Source of the DNA: Auanema rhodensis
Lineage: Eukaryota; Animalia; Nematoda
Assembly (NCBI GenBank): GCA_964057225.1
Contig: OZ059896.1
Location: 18,166,001-18,230,000 of the forward strand
Length of the DNA stretch: 64,000 bases
Reading direction: 5' to 3'
The notes under the pieces are model-generated. The model was not told the origin of the DNA. It did not search any database and worked only from the letters and a program-made list of their open reading frames with translations. The translations under genes and the position numbers were made by a program. This document shows, one piece after another, positions 12,501-25,565 of this stretch (position 1 is the stretch's first letter; each line of letters opens with the position of its first letter).

Positions 12501-15500
12501 ATTTACACGTCTCCGAGGAATGTTGGTCCAACCATATCTTACAACTAATATTAAAGGATATAAGCAAATTGCTCCATATAAAGCAAGAAATGCAACTCCT
12601 AATGTTAAATATCTGAAGTAAAGCTCATAAAGAAAAAATCTGAATGGAAACCTACATTGTATCAGATGGATCTCTAGGGCTGAAAAGCCAATATGAAAGA
12701 AAACTTTCTCCAACTAGTAAAATGATGAAGGCTATCCCAGCCAAAAGAATTACGGGAAATCCTAGAATTCTCCGAACTCCACCATGTTGACCAGCTAAAC
12801 ATAATATTTTTCATAAAAAAGAATTGCACCATATAAGAGATTACGTTTAGTTCTTCTTACAGCAGTAAACATTCTAACAGGCAAAATTCCGTAATGTTGT
12901 TCTGCTGCTTCCATTAATGTAGTGATAATTTTAGTTAAAGCTTGTTCACCACCGATTGAGGAAAGACGATGATAGTCAGCAAAAAGAAAGCTGCAAAGTA
13001 CTTGAACTACTTACGAAGAAATGATAGATACTGACCTAACGGGATTTGAAGACATGTCGGCTTCTTCTTGAAGAGGAGCATGCAAAGTGAAAACATTCCA
13101 AAGAAGACGAACATGACTGAATGCTTTAGCTACTTTAGATGCAATAGACATAGCCGGTGCATATGGTTTATGTTCACTACCATACCATAAAAGTGCTAGA
13201 ACAAAGATGCATTTCAGTTAGTTAAAGTGATAATATTAAATACCATATGTAACGACAATAGTGAGTCCTAGGGTCAGTCCAACAACCCATACAGCGATAT
13301 ACCAAGCTAAACTACCACTAATAGCAACTGTAGTGGCTACAGTTGAGGTTACGATAACACAAGAAAACATGGCATAGAATATGAAAAGAAACGATAGTCT
13401 AGAAAATAAAGAAAATTTATTGTCAATTCCCCTGAGAACTTCTAACCTCAATCTAGCCCCCTCGGTCCATCTGCGAGAGAATGTAATCATAGCATCTTTA
13501 AGCTTAGAAAGCAAAATCGATTTTCCAGATCCCCATTTAGCATAAAGGCCAATAGTCAAGGGAAGTGATAACGAAGGCTCACAAACTAAAAGAAGTAAAA
13601 AACATGCTTAACGATGGTGTACGGTTAGTCGTATTTACCAATGTCTGCTATAACATTACTATATATATCATATCCCATCATACTATCCATTTGCTGATCA
13701 GCTTGTTTAGGACCATACAAAAGAGGCAAAATAGGTTGAGGATTTTCTATATCTATCGAATAAGCAGTTTGACCCAAGTTATTTGGACGATAAAGCAGCC
13801 TCTTATCACTCACAGGTGCATTTTCTAAACATCAAAATCAAAAACAAAAAATAGTGAATGTTAACCAAGCAATGCTTGAGCAAGACGACGACTTCTTGCT
13901 CGTAAGGCTAGATGTAGCGCATTGTCGCCATTATTATCCGTAGGTGATAGTTTAGATCCAGCACGTCGAAGAAGCATTACTAGCGCTACATGCCTAGATT
14001 TAACAGCCCTAATCAAAGGTGTTTCTCCATCCTAAAAGTGACACACCATCATGAATAGTTCGAGCAAGTTGCTTTCAAGTACTTTATTTTTTATTTCCAA
14101 ATTAGGTTTTCTCTCAATAATCATACTGGCCATATCCACAAAAGATTTATCAATTGCTAAATGAAGAGGGGTCCGACTGTCCTAAAAATACATCGTAAAT
14201 TATATGATAATAAGTTCACAACAAACCGAATCTTTACAATTGACATCAGCGAATCTGTCTAATAACATCTTTACAATAGGTATACTTCCAGATCGTACAG
14301 CACTAGTCAAAATCCAGTTTCCAAACCTGGATAAAGCAATGCAATATTCGGAAATTCAGAAACAAATATAGTATTACCTATCGCACTGATTCACAAAAGC
14401 TCCTGCATTAATAAGTGATTCACAAATTGCAACATATCCCTCACGTGCTGCAATACCCAGAGCTGATAACCCATTCTGGATATATTTTAAATTGAAGATT
14501 CTTGTAGAGTAAAATCAATTTTACCTGATCAACTACATTAATATTAGGTTCTCTAGTTAACAGTAAGTCAACAACACCCTGATAATTCCCTCTTGTAGCG
14601 AGCATGAGAGCAGTAGAAGAATACTGAAAACTTTTAACATTTACTTCAGTATTAATTGAACTATTTTAACCATCCCCACAGCATCGACTTCTCCACCAGC
14701 ATTTAATAATAATTGAACAATAGGGTAGTGGCCTTTACGAGAAGCCCAAATAAGTGCTGTACTTCCGAACTTATCGCAGGCATTTACCTAGAAGTGACCA
14801 CCTTCTTATAGAGTTATAGTGAATATATTCATTACTTGAGCATCAAATTGTAATAATTTTTCAACAATATTTGTGAAACCTCTTCCAGACGCAACAATTA
14901 AAGGTGTTAAACCATCTTCCTCGTCAATTAAATTAACATGAGCCTTAAATTGAAACTTGTACTAGTGATATTAATCTGGTTAACCCTGCCCTATATTTCA
15001 ATAGAACAGAAACAACTTCTCCGTGGTTTTTATACACAGCCCACATTAAAGGACTCCATCCCATCTAAATTATAAAAATACTTTCTTTTTTTTTCGAGCA
15101 ATTACCAAATCTGGTAAATCAACAACTGCTCCATTTTCCAGCAAAATGTTAACAACATCAGCATAGCCTTTTTGTGCAGCATTGAGAAGAGCACTCCATC
15201 CTTCCTATATTTTTATACATTGGTTTCATTCACAGGATATTCTTTATAACTCAGAAAATATCTTACATTATCTGTTTCATCTATTATTTCCGTATCTTGA
15301 GCCAACACTTTGACTGCAGGGATATTATTGACTCGAGCAGCAACGATTAATAAGGTCTCCCCAGTCTAAAGAGATGAAATGAGTAAAGTGGATTATGCGG
15401 AAGATAGTCCTTGTCGAGCGAATGAAATGAAATATCCTTTTTAAATTGCGTAAGTAATCACATAATAAGAACAATTATAATTATTTTTGCAATATCTAAC

Positions 15501-15887
15501 TGTTTTTTTTTGATTTTCTTCAAACCCGAAAGTTTATACTCATAACAGCATCAATTTAAACAATGCAAAAAACTGAATTGTTCACAACTTCTCGGAAAGA
15601 TAGATGGAGCAGGTTTCATTTAGCCGACGAACGGAACAAACATTACCGAATTTCGTAGAGAAGTGATTTCAGTATTGAGAGGAAAAGTCTCAAAAAGTCC
15701 ATTTTCTATCTAAAATAGGTTGTTAGAATAAAAAGTTTAATTTTTTTTCGAATTTATATCAAAAGACCTTTTCAAATAAATCTGCAATCTGCATACTATT
15801 CATGGTTACTGGCAGAGCCGAAGCTACAGCAAATGCGCTGCCGGCCGCCTCAATCCAGTGTGGCTTTCGATTGCCGGCTTGGACCAT
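9560..15887 (-). CDS. kdin-1: KIDINS220/ARMS orthologue (ankyrin repeats, KAP NTPase, TM helices, SAM-like domain)
   Basis: Ankyrin-repeat exons at about 13860-15365; Walker [12 protein letters not shown]; [14 protein letters not shown]; [16 protein letters not shown]; [11 protein letters not shown]. First exon [40 protein letters not shown]. Confidence 0.93.
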
Positions 15888-16834
15888 TGTTAGCTTTCCG
15901 GATGAAGCTGCCAGTGCCGCAGGGCTTTCGTTTCAGGACTCCTTTTGCGCGTATGAGCTGGTCCCACGGCTCAGTTTGTCGAGTCGTCCGTCGTTTTTAT
16001 ACAATTTACAATAAATTCGTTTGAAAAACTGTAAATATTACTTAAAGTAAAGCAGTTATAATATATTTTTCTTTTGCTATTATTATAAACGTTAATATAA
16101 AAAATGTCAATTGTTGATTCAACATAAAAAATTATACATACATGATTTTGCTTCATTATATCTGACATAAAACAGAAACTGAGAGAAATGGGAGGAAATG
16201 ATAAAGATGTGATTGAGGTGAACACGAGTTGTGCGGACGGAAAATAGCGTAAATACAAGATCGCAAGCAGATTAATGGAATTTCATTGATGCTCTCTGGC
16301 TAGCATCATTGCGTTCTCTACTCCTATGAATGAGAAAAGATGATGATGATGATTTGAATAAGAAGAGAGGGGAAGAGCCCAATTTTATGAAATTACTGGG
16401 TTATATCGAGTAGTCACAATGCTGCATTTCATCGACAATGGTTGCTTGTCGTATACTGAATTGAGCTAGAAAAATAACATTCAAGGAAATTGATGTTTTT
16501 GAAGTTTTTGTAGTGGCAAATGAATTTGTAAATGATCCCAGTTACTTTTCTTCATCAAAAAGTGCAAAATATTGAAACAGATGGTAAGATAACACAAAGA
16601 AAGCGAGAGAAGACTGCAACATTAAAAGAAACGAAAGAAAAGATAGAATAGTATACATATAGACAACGAGAGAAATTATGAATGAACAGCAATCTTTTCA
16701 TTTCTTCGACGAGTGAACGAGTGTCAGCGTTGATTAGAAAAAAAGTTTAGTTTAGAATAACTGAGCTATTCGGTATTTGAGTAACATTTCAAGAATAAGA
16801 GAAAAGAATCATGATGCGAGAACTAATATGATTT

Positions 16835-17045
16835 CCGCCTCTTGATGTCGCCCTCTTTACTCTTCGTAAACGAACCTATAGGCTCTTGCCCACATAAATG
16901 CATGAACATCATTGCGGTAGCATTAACCTGACTGCTTGTAAGACTACCTATCATTTATGATAGGAACTAATATTGCAGATCAATTTTAATTGATAAGACA
17001 AACTCAACGATTCGCCTGTCTACCTTCTTACTATTGGCAAGTCAG
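16835..17045 (-). ncRNA. Candidate structured RNA of unknown class with two multibranch domains
   Basis: Nested complementary stems found by eye. Several pair fully only on the minus strand through G-U. No known family recognised. Confidence 0.4.
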
Positions 17046-17185
17046 AAAGTTATAATCAAATAAAAATTTACATATAAAACTAGAATAATTTATACTAAAA
17101 AGTTTACTTTAATCACAGTATATCGAGTGTAATAACAATGCAGATTAGGCTAAATAGCGTTAAATACGCAAAACAGTTCAATAAT

Positions 17186-17740
17186 TTAAAGATCAGTGTT
17201 ACGATCAATTTTCATGAGTTCTACATCAAAGCGGAGAACGGAGTTTCCTAAAAAAATGAATAAAAAGCTGTTTCAAAATACAGCAACGCTTATACTCACC
17301 TGGGATCTTGGGAGGAGCTCCACGCTCTCCGTAACCAAGATGGGGAGGGATAGTAAGTATACGACGTTCTCCAACGCACATTCCCATGAGTCCTTGGTCC
17401 CAACCCTTAATCACCTGAAATATTTCTAAGTGAATAATCGTTATTTTGACATTTCCTTCATACTTGACCCATTCCTAAAGTGAAAGTGAATTCTTGATTA
17501 CGAGTGCGGCTAGAATCGAACTCAGTTCCATCAAGGAGAGTTCCTGTGTAGTGCATATGGAGAAGATCACCTTTTCTATAATTTGAACTTTTTGTTAATA
17601 ATAATAATGGCTAATGGTAACCTTGATTTCACATCGCAGTTTTCAGCTCTGGTTTTGATACCAATTTGCAACTTATCTGCCTTCTTTTCAGCAGAAACGA
17701 AACCAATAATAACTACGGCCAATACGAAACCCCACTTCAT
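17186..17740 (-). CDS. fkb-1: ER FKBP-type peptidyl-prolyl isomerase (FKBP2-like)
   Basis: Signal peptide; KLQIGIK; [22 protein letters not shown]; [29 protein letters not shown]; C-terminal NTDL resembling an ER retention signal. Confidence 0.94.
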
Positions 17741-18085
17741 GATTCTTACTGAAAAAAGTGTTATGACTCAGAAATGACGTACTCATAGTATCATATGAAG
17801 AAAAAAAATCATGAAGAGACAAGGATGAATGGTGGTCAACCAGTGGGTGTCAAAAAAATCGATACCTGTAAGGTAAACTGATAGAAAGGGCTTTATTCGG
17901 AAGAGGTTTAAACCAAAAACTATATATATAAGATAAAAGACGAATGAAATAATTATTACACGACATGTAAAGTGAAATGATGATCAAAATATAAGGCACA
18001 AATATGGAGTTTTCGATGAGGTAGATCAAAGTATGTCATTGGCTAAAAAACTAATAATGAAAAACATTTTAATGATAAAGAACTG

Positions 18086-18928
18086 TTATTCGGTTCGATT
18101 GTCTTTAGAGCCCGATTCACTCTGGCGCTGCTTCCACAGTTCAAGTTCTCGTTGATAAGTAGACCTAAGCTCTTCAGACCTTTTGACATACTTCTAAAAA
18201 ACGATACTAAGTTTTTTTTAATGTGGTAGAAACAAATTCACCTCCTTTTCCGGAGTAGATAGAACATCCCATTTCTCTTTGAGGCTCTTAGCAACATCGG
18301 ATACAGGACTGACTTTCTGCCCCGCAGCCTTCAACTTAGCGAACTCATCCTTTACAAAGAGAGAATAGCTATTCAATGGCAAGTCTGGGTGATTTGTCTT
18401 TTGCCAATACTGAATGATCAAGGTTTTGATCAAAGGTTAATCACGATATACTAAACCTCTCGTTTCTCCTTCCTCATTTTGCGCTTAGACTTCTCTTCTT
18501 TTCCCTGCTTTGATGCAGCTATCAACTTTTCTTGCTCCTCTTCCGAAAGCTGCTTGAACTGAGAAACTTTCTCGTCAAAAATACTTCTTGACTTATCGGC
18601 GTAGACCTTGAACACCGCTTACGGTTACATTCGTATCGAGTGACTTCCTACCTTCTTCTCTTGTTCGGTGAGGCTATTCCATTTGGCAGCAAAAAGCTTA
18701 CTAACTTCCCCCACTTTAGTACCCTTTACTGGTGGATTGGTTTGGTACTGCTCCTTGATAAAAACAGCATAAGGACTTACTCGAAAGCCAGTAACCGGAA
18801 GTTTAGTAGAGGCTTTCTCTAGCCTGTAATCCCAATTGAAGTGATTCCAAGTATAAAATTACTTACGTAGATTTGCTAAGAGAAACAGTAAATAACCGCT
18901 TGGAAACGGAATTCAAAACACTATTCAT
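18086..18928 (-). CDS. hmg-5: Mitochondrial transcription factor A (two HMG boxes)
   Basis: Ser/Arg-rich presequence MNSVLNSVSKRLFTVSLSKS; HMG box 1 (SPYAVFIKEQY...AAKWNSL); HMG box 2 (PLNSYSLFVKDEF...KEKWDVL). Confidence 0.85.
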
Positions 18929-21699
18929 CTGAAACATTATAAATTCAAATTAGATTACAACTTCTGGAGTAAATTAAGAATTTCAAAAGTCATGCAATAG
19001 AATGGTAGAACTATGCACCAATAATACACCAGATTTGCGTAAACAGTTTTGTCGTGTTGGTTCACAATGCGAAATATTATCATCATTTAATTAAGAGTAT
19101 TTATAATGAAAATAAAACAAAAACTTCATTTTTATGTTTAATTCTTGGACATTCTAACACATTTATAGATCAATGAACAAAAATCATATATTTTTTTATG
19201 TTTTTTTCTGAACGGCTGTTCAATCAGTATTAGCAATTAGAAAAGTTAAGATTCAGAGAAAAATTGATTCTTTCAAATTAGAAGCTTTAAAGCAATTAAG
19301 TTGAGAACACGTATCGTTTCTATGAGATGATAAAAAGAAATGTCATGAATGGTCTTAATAAAAATAAAATAATGTGGAAAAAGTTCCTTTAGCCTAACAC
19401 GCGATACACCGAGTTGGACGTGTCAAACATTCGTTGGAAAAAATTCTAGGATCAAAGCAATTAAACACAACCGATTTCTGCGTACAATAGAAAAAATATT
19501 GAAGACTTGCTTGGCTAAAATCCAGAAATTCTTCGCGCCTTGTGAACTATTCAAATTCTAATTATTATGTAAACAAACTGTCTTTCCAATTGACTTTTTG
19601 TGAACGTAATATATCATATTTAAATTTTTTAGTTATTAAAATAGTGAATTATGTTGACTTGATGATGTATATTCGATAAGTATTGCTCTTATTTGTTTAT
19701 CTTATCTTTGTTAAATACCAAATGGATAGAATAGACTTTTTTAGTATACAGATTAATAATTTGTAGGTCATCCAATGCTCACTATATAATCTAAATATGT
19801 AAACTTTTTTTCTAATAGGGTTACTTCTGGGAAAATATACAGAAAACAGAGACGAAACTTTTGTTGAAATCTAAGCAGCATTGAGATCATAAACATGACT
19901 ATCAGAGCCATAAATGGGTAACATTCGTACAATTATCTATGAAACAACAATAATTTTTATTTCTTTCTTAACCCGAAAGAAACCAAAATTTGAGATCGTA
20001 ATCCAAATATGCTTCGAAGTATATTCCACTAAGAAAGGATTCCAATAGATTATTTCGTCTTTTCCACTGATTGTTGAGGTGTAGCAGTTTTCTTGTCATT
20101 TTTCTTATTGGAAGGTGTTCTGAATACATTATTATTTTAAGAAAGAAAAGTTGTAACTTACTTCTGCTTTCTCACTGTCATAAATTTTCGCAGGAAAGAT
20201 ATGTGTAAAATCATGCTGATATCATAAAAGTAATCTATCTAAAGAAGTTAATAAAGACTTTTTTTTAAAAACATATGAATAAAAAAGAAGCATATTCTTC
20301 TATGAAGTTTATGTAGCATGAAAAAGTAAAAACGACGAGTAGAAACAAGCTATCTATGGCGAGGAAACGATTCATTCCAGAGGCGGGAAGGAAATTTCGT
20401 CAATATTGAATCAAATGTGAATCTAATTGTCATTTAATGAAATTATGGTTTGTTTTAGAAACGATTCCAACTCTTCTACCTCCTTCATTTCATTTGTTTT
20501 GCCGGAAATTGTGATAGAGATTTTTTGTGAAAAAGCTATTTTTCATAGTTGCATAATGTAGCATTTCTGATTTTGAATAGTTTAGATGAAAATCATTTTT
20601 TGAAGAAGTCTGAAGAGAGATCTAATAATATTTTACGATGTTCTTTGATGTTAACTCAGAATCTTTATACTAGCTGAGTAATCTTAATTGCTAACAATAA
20701 TAGAGAAGATTCTGATTATCTTCCAAGAAACCTCTACCGGATACCGGAAAACATCTTTGCGTATGGGGAAAGCAAAGAAAACATGGACATAAGGCAAATT
20801 CTCAGCTGTTATGTTGAGTTTCTGTCTTGCTGTCTGAAAATTTAAATGGCTGATAGGCTCAGGCAATGAAATCGAATCGACGAGTGTGACTCTGTAATCC
20901 CATCGTTTGAGTAATGACCGGACGTGTTCCATTCCAGGAGTTACAGATCGAAAAATTCAGCACAACGTTTCAAATATGTCAATCTTTTGGACAATGTGCA
21001 TTCTTTTTGCAAAGTTGATAAGTATATCAAAGTTTCTGTTTTGTACAACAGTTCTCTCATACGGGAACAAAATATTGAGAGAAAACCAATTAAGTTGTTC
21101 TGTAGGAATAAAGCTGCATCCGTGCACAGAGTTAAACATGATTAAAGCACATCTGAATCTGATTATCAAAGTCTATTTGTTTTGTTCCAGAATGGTTTTT
21201 TAAATTAGCGTTTCAGAAGTGATTTCTAGTCTGAGAGTTTCACCTTTAACATTTTTAATCTAATTTTTAAGCTTTTTTGCTTCGGTTACTCTCTTAGATC
21301 AAAAGTTCAGTAAATCTAAGAAGTACATTGGTTGTTGCTCAAAGCTTCAATCCACTGCTGAATGTATGAGAGTATTTCTAGTAAACCAAGATGAACAACT
21401 TAGAATGGAATAGAACCAGATGAACATTTCTCTATAACGAGATCTCAGCCACAATGTTGTGTTCTCGTTAAGATTAAACCTTTGCCAACTTGAGCAGCAT
21501 AATATTTGTGAAAGAACGGAATAATTCATACAAAGGTCGAAATCAATAAAGCTAAATTCCTTATATGGTGAAAGACGAGACGATTTGATGAATAAGTTAG
21601 ATACAATGTGTGGGAGAACATGAACTGATCATTATATTCTTTAACTTAACCTTCATTCAAACACATTGTGTCAAGTTATGCTGATTATTACACAGAAAT

Positions 21700-23577
21700 A
21701 TGTATAATTTTCATAAAATTGTTCTATTTCAAGCTTTATATTGTAAGTTTCAATTTTTTTTGGTTTTGAAACATTTCACAACACATAACTAATGTTTTAG
21801 ATGTAAATGCATATGATTTCTATCTTAATAGATATATACGAGGGCAAGGATATGACAAAGATATTTCGCCTATTGAAGTCGAAAGAAAAACTTTGGACAT
21901 TTACATTTCTACGCCATTTGTAGCTCTTGTCAATGTGGTATGCTTTCGCTTTCATATATATAGACAGTTAGATAGTACAAATTCAATCGTGAAATTTCAG
22001 GATGAGAGCTCGCAAAAGGTTTCATACCTGGCAGCATTGAATTTGGTAAATTTACTTATTGCCAAGAAATACTTGAAAAATGTTGTAGACATGGAGAGAT
22101 CGACGTTTGTCGTTTGATCCTCGAATTGTCGGCACAGATTTGGTAATTATACCGCACACATACGTTTGGATTCCCCAAATTGTCTCATTCAATAGGTTAG
22201 TACCACTAATTCAATCACGTTGTTTCAACATTACCATTTTGAAGCTTGGATATCATTCATCAAGATAGACAAGCATCGTCTGGTGTTGTACAGGTTAGAA
22301 AGTATAGAATACGACGCGCAATATTATTTAAGATCAAATAAAAATAGAATAGAATTAAAATCATCTAGTAAAAATATAATATTTCAAGATAAAATCGGAC
22401 GGAACAGTTGTATTAAAGTCATATGCTCATTTCGTCACAATGTGTCTCTGTAATGTGGGTAAGTGAGCACGAAATATAAGGATATTTTTTATACGATAAA
22501 CTTAAAATTAATTATTCTCTTTTATATTTTTTATAATTTTAGAAAATTTTCCATATGACATCCTTTATTGTTCGATTAGTTTTGATACATGCGGCTATCC
22601 AATAGAACAGATGCGTCTTCATGGACCGAAGAATTTGGATTATACCCATTATGTGGCAGTGGTGAGAAAGAACAATTCAATTTTAAGACCAAAATTTATT
22701 TTTCCTGTTAAAGGGAACACAAGAATGGTCATTTGAAGATTCTTTCATATTAAATGGGTCGTATCAGATTGCTCCGCACACCTATAACGTTGTCAAGTTA
22801 ATTAATAAGTTTCGAAGGCATTCCAAATTCTATGTGATGTTTCTCATCGTTCCCACGAGCTTGATTGCACTGTCCATATTGGGTGCTCTGCTGTTACCGC
22901 TTGACACGAAAATTGGTGAAAAGGTGTCAAGAAACATTCAAATTTTTGAAAAAAAAACTTATAAAATTCGTAGATTAATGTTGCATTGGCAGGATATTTG
23001 GGATTGATGTTTATGTTAAGCATTGTTGCGACGGAAGTTCCGCGATCTACATCCTTCCCATTATTGGGTTTGTTTCTGTTGAAATTATTCATTATTTAAA
23101 AAAAAAACGCGTTAATTCTTTAATCATGCTTTCACGTGAAGTCACATGCTAATGAGCTGACACAATTAGCGTAAGCTCTTCTTCTCATTTGATGAGCCAG
23201 CAAAACGGTTGCATTCCACAAATAATTAATCCTTCGCAAAAAATGTTTTAAAATATTGTTCCTTTAGGGAAATGGCTCGTAGCTCAAATACTGATCTGTG
23301 CCACTGCTATGGTATCATTATTCCCAATTCAACATGTGAAACTTTATCTAACGAGGTGAGAAAACAGTAAAAAAAACTGAAAACCCATCTGACAACACAA
23401 AGAATATACAATACATTTTACAGATTTCAAAAACCTCCTATTGCCGACCGAATTGATTACTGGTGCGATTTAATTAATTTCACAATATTTTCATGTTTGT
23501 CTGTGCTGACATCAGTTTATCAGTTTGGCACTGTGCCATCCAATCTTGAATTTAACGCTGAAGGTCATATCTATTGA
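21700..23577 (+). CDS. Divergent Cys-loop ligand-gated ion channel subunit (nAChR-like lgc)
   Basis: WRDRRLSF, VWIPQI, Cys-loop CLCNVENFPYDILYC, RRHSKFYV before M1, GEKINVAL before M2, then M3 and M4. All exons join GT-AG in frame. Confidence 0.88.
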
Positions 23578-24050
23578 AAATAAGGAAATGGGAGACCTTA
23601 GACATCTGAAAAATAAATGTTCTTGTTAATTCATAAATATTTTGTTTTTTTGGCTATTTTCAAGCTATTATCCGATATAATTGTAATTTATATTAATATA
23701 CATATATCGTATATGATAAAAAGCTATAATTTAAACGTATTTATTATATTTTAATAGAATAGTAAAGCTAATTAAAATGAGAAATTGAATATTAATTATT
23801 CTATTAGTTTTACGTAAATGGTCTGTCACGAAATATTGAAAATGGTGTTTACAACTTAAGTAAATATTTAGTTAATTGCGAGAGGTTCATAACCACTTCA
23901 AAGGATAACTTGTTTGAACTATCCTAAAAGTGCAAATTCTGATTAGATCATGTGTAGGTAAAGCTGTTGCTCATTAGCATGAGGCAGGAGCACCAGGTCC
24001 ATATAAATATGGATGAGACTGTCTGTTCTGTTCATTTGACAAGATAAACG

Positions 24051-24874
24051 ATGTTCTTACCTATTTTATTCCAAATATTCGGTATTTCTGCAGCTATATG
24101 GCATCAGCCTTTTATTGGTTAGTTACAAATAAATCATATTTGATTTTCTTTTTAATATTATTGAAAAGCTTTAATTTTTAGATGAGTCTGAAACGAATTA
24201 CCTATGTAGTTGCTTATCTAAAGATATACCAATTGTGGATTTGGAAAAAGCTTCAATAGGTTCGTTTTTTGTCTTATACTATCTGAACAAAGTATTTTCG
24301 AATTCCATTCTGCAAAAAACATTGGAATTTTTTTCCAGAAATAAGTGAAATTACAGTTCCTCCTTTACCTACTCGACCACCTACTACTGCTGAACTGAAC
24401 GAGTATTTCGGGGGAAAAATAAAGTTGGAATCAGTCGAACCCGAAGAGACTTTGCCCTATATTCCAGCATCAAAGTTTTGGCCGATAAGTCGTAGTGCGA
24501 CTATCAGAAATTCCCGTGAAGAAGTAAATTTATTTCTTAAACAAAATGAAAAAAAAACGTTCTTCCAGACACCAAATCAATCATTCATTGACAAGGTCTT
24601 GTATTATTTCCGGAGACGTCACGATCCAGTTACGGAGCCTCAGCAGGATGCTCCTGCAGAAGCTATTACAGGCATTGGAAAACGCATTATGACTAAATAT
24701 TTGGATAAGATTAGTAAGTGAATTACTCCTCTTGCTCTTTTTACCAATAAAATTCCAAATATTTCAGAAAAAGAATGGAATTTATTAGATCGTTTTAATT
24801 GTCAATGTGAAGGAGAATTATTGAATTTATTCAAAGCTAAATCATTTATATCTTTGAAGATAACACACGACTAA
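24051..24874 (+). CDS. Uncharacterised secreted protein with N- and C-terminal CxC motifs
   Basis: TATA-like box near 24001; signal peptide MFLPILFQIFGISAA; five exons in frame; YLCSCL and FNCQCE motifs. Confidence 0.7.
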
Positions 24875-25565
24875 CGACTGCATCTGTGAACCAACGACGA
24901 ACATTCGCCCAACGTTCCTTTTAATGAATAACATATTAACTATAATTATCATTATATGATTGTTTGCTATTGTAATAATAATTAATTTAATAAATTTGTT
25001 TCTCTTTATGTTTTCGTATAAAACGCTTGTTGTCTGTTTCAATTGCTTGTCTCATATTTTCGAAGCACTTTCAATTGTTAGAAGATTGCATTTTCATCAC
25101 AACTTTATATATTTGAAAATCGCGAAAAAGAAAACAAAAAGCATCATAACAGTATTCCTTCTAATAATCTATATTTGGAACGGATTAGTGAGCTATAACA
25201 GTCCACTTTTCAGATAAAATACCTGAGTCTGTATACAACTGAACCAGTTCAATCCTTATCAAATTTTGCGTCAATTTGTTCTTAAGCGAGGATGAGCTTC
25301 TCCAGAATTGAATCAACTACAAACAGAAAAGACTGGAAGAATAGAAAAGGAAATACAAGATAAGACACATTATCATATCATGGAAATGAGAATGGGCATA
25401 ATTATACTTCGTAGGATTAATATACAGAGATTGAGCAAAAAACTTGAGAAAGGACCGTAATCGAGATCATGAATAGTTAATTCGTTTCAATATTCCAGCG
25501 AGGAAACATCTTCTCAGAACAAAAAGATGTTTTCCGTTGTTGCCACTATCACAACTTTGCGACAC

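Noticed and set aside
15802-16024. Plus-strand ORFs and ribozyme-like CTGA/GAAA words in a GC-rich block
   Set aside because: Explained as the antisense shadow of the kdin-1 first exon and 5' UTR; no hammerhead stems form.
17820-17915. SL2-like GGTTTAAACC followed by a Sm-like ATTTTTTTG on the minus strand
   Set aside because: No GT donor after a 22-nt leader, and the leader body does not match SL sequences.
20684-21529. Cluster of short ORFs on both strands
   Set aside because: Could not be joined into a consistent spliced model or matched to any family.
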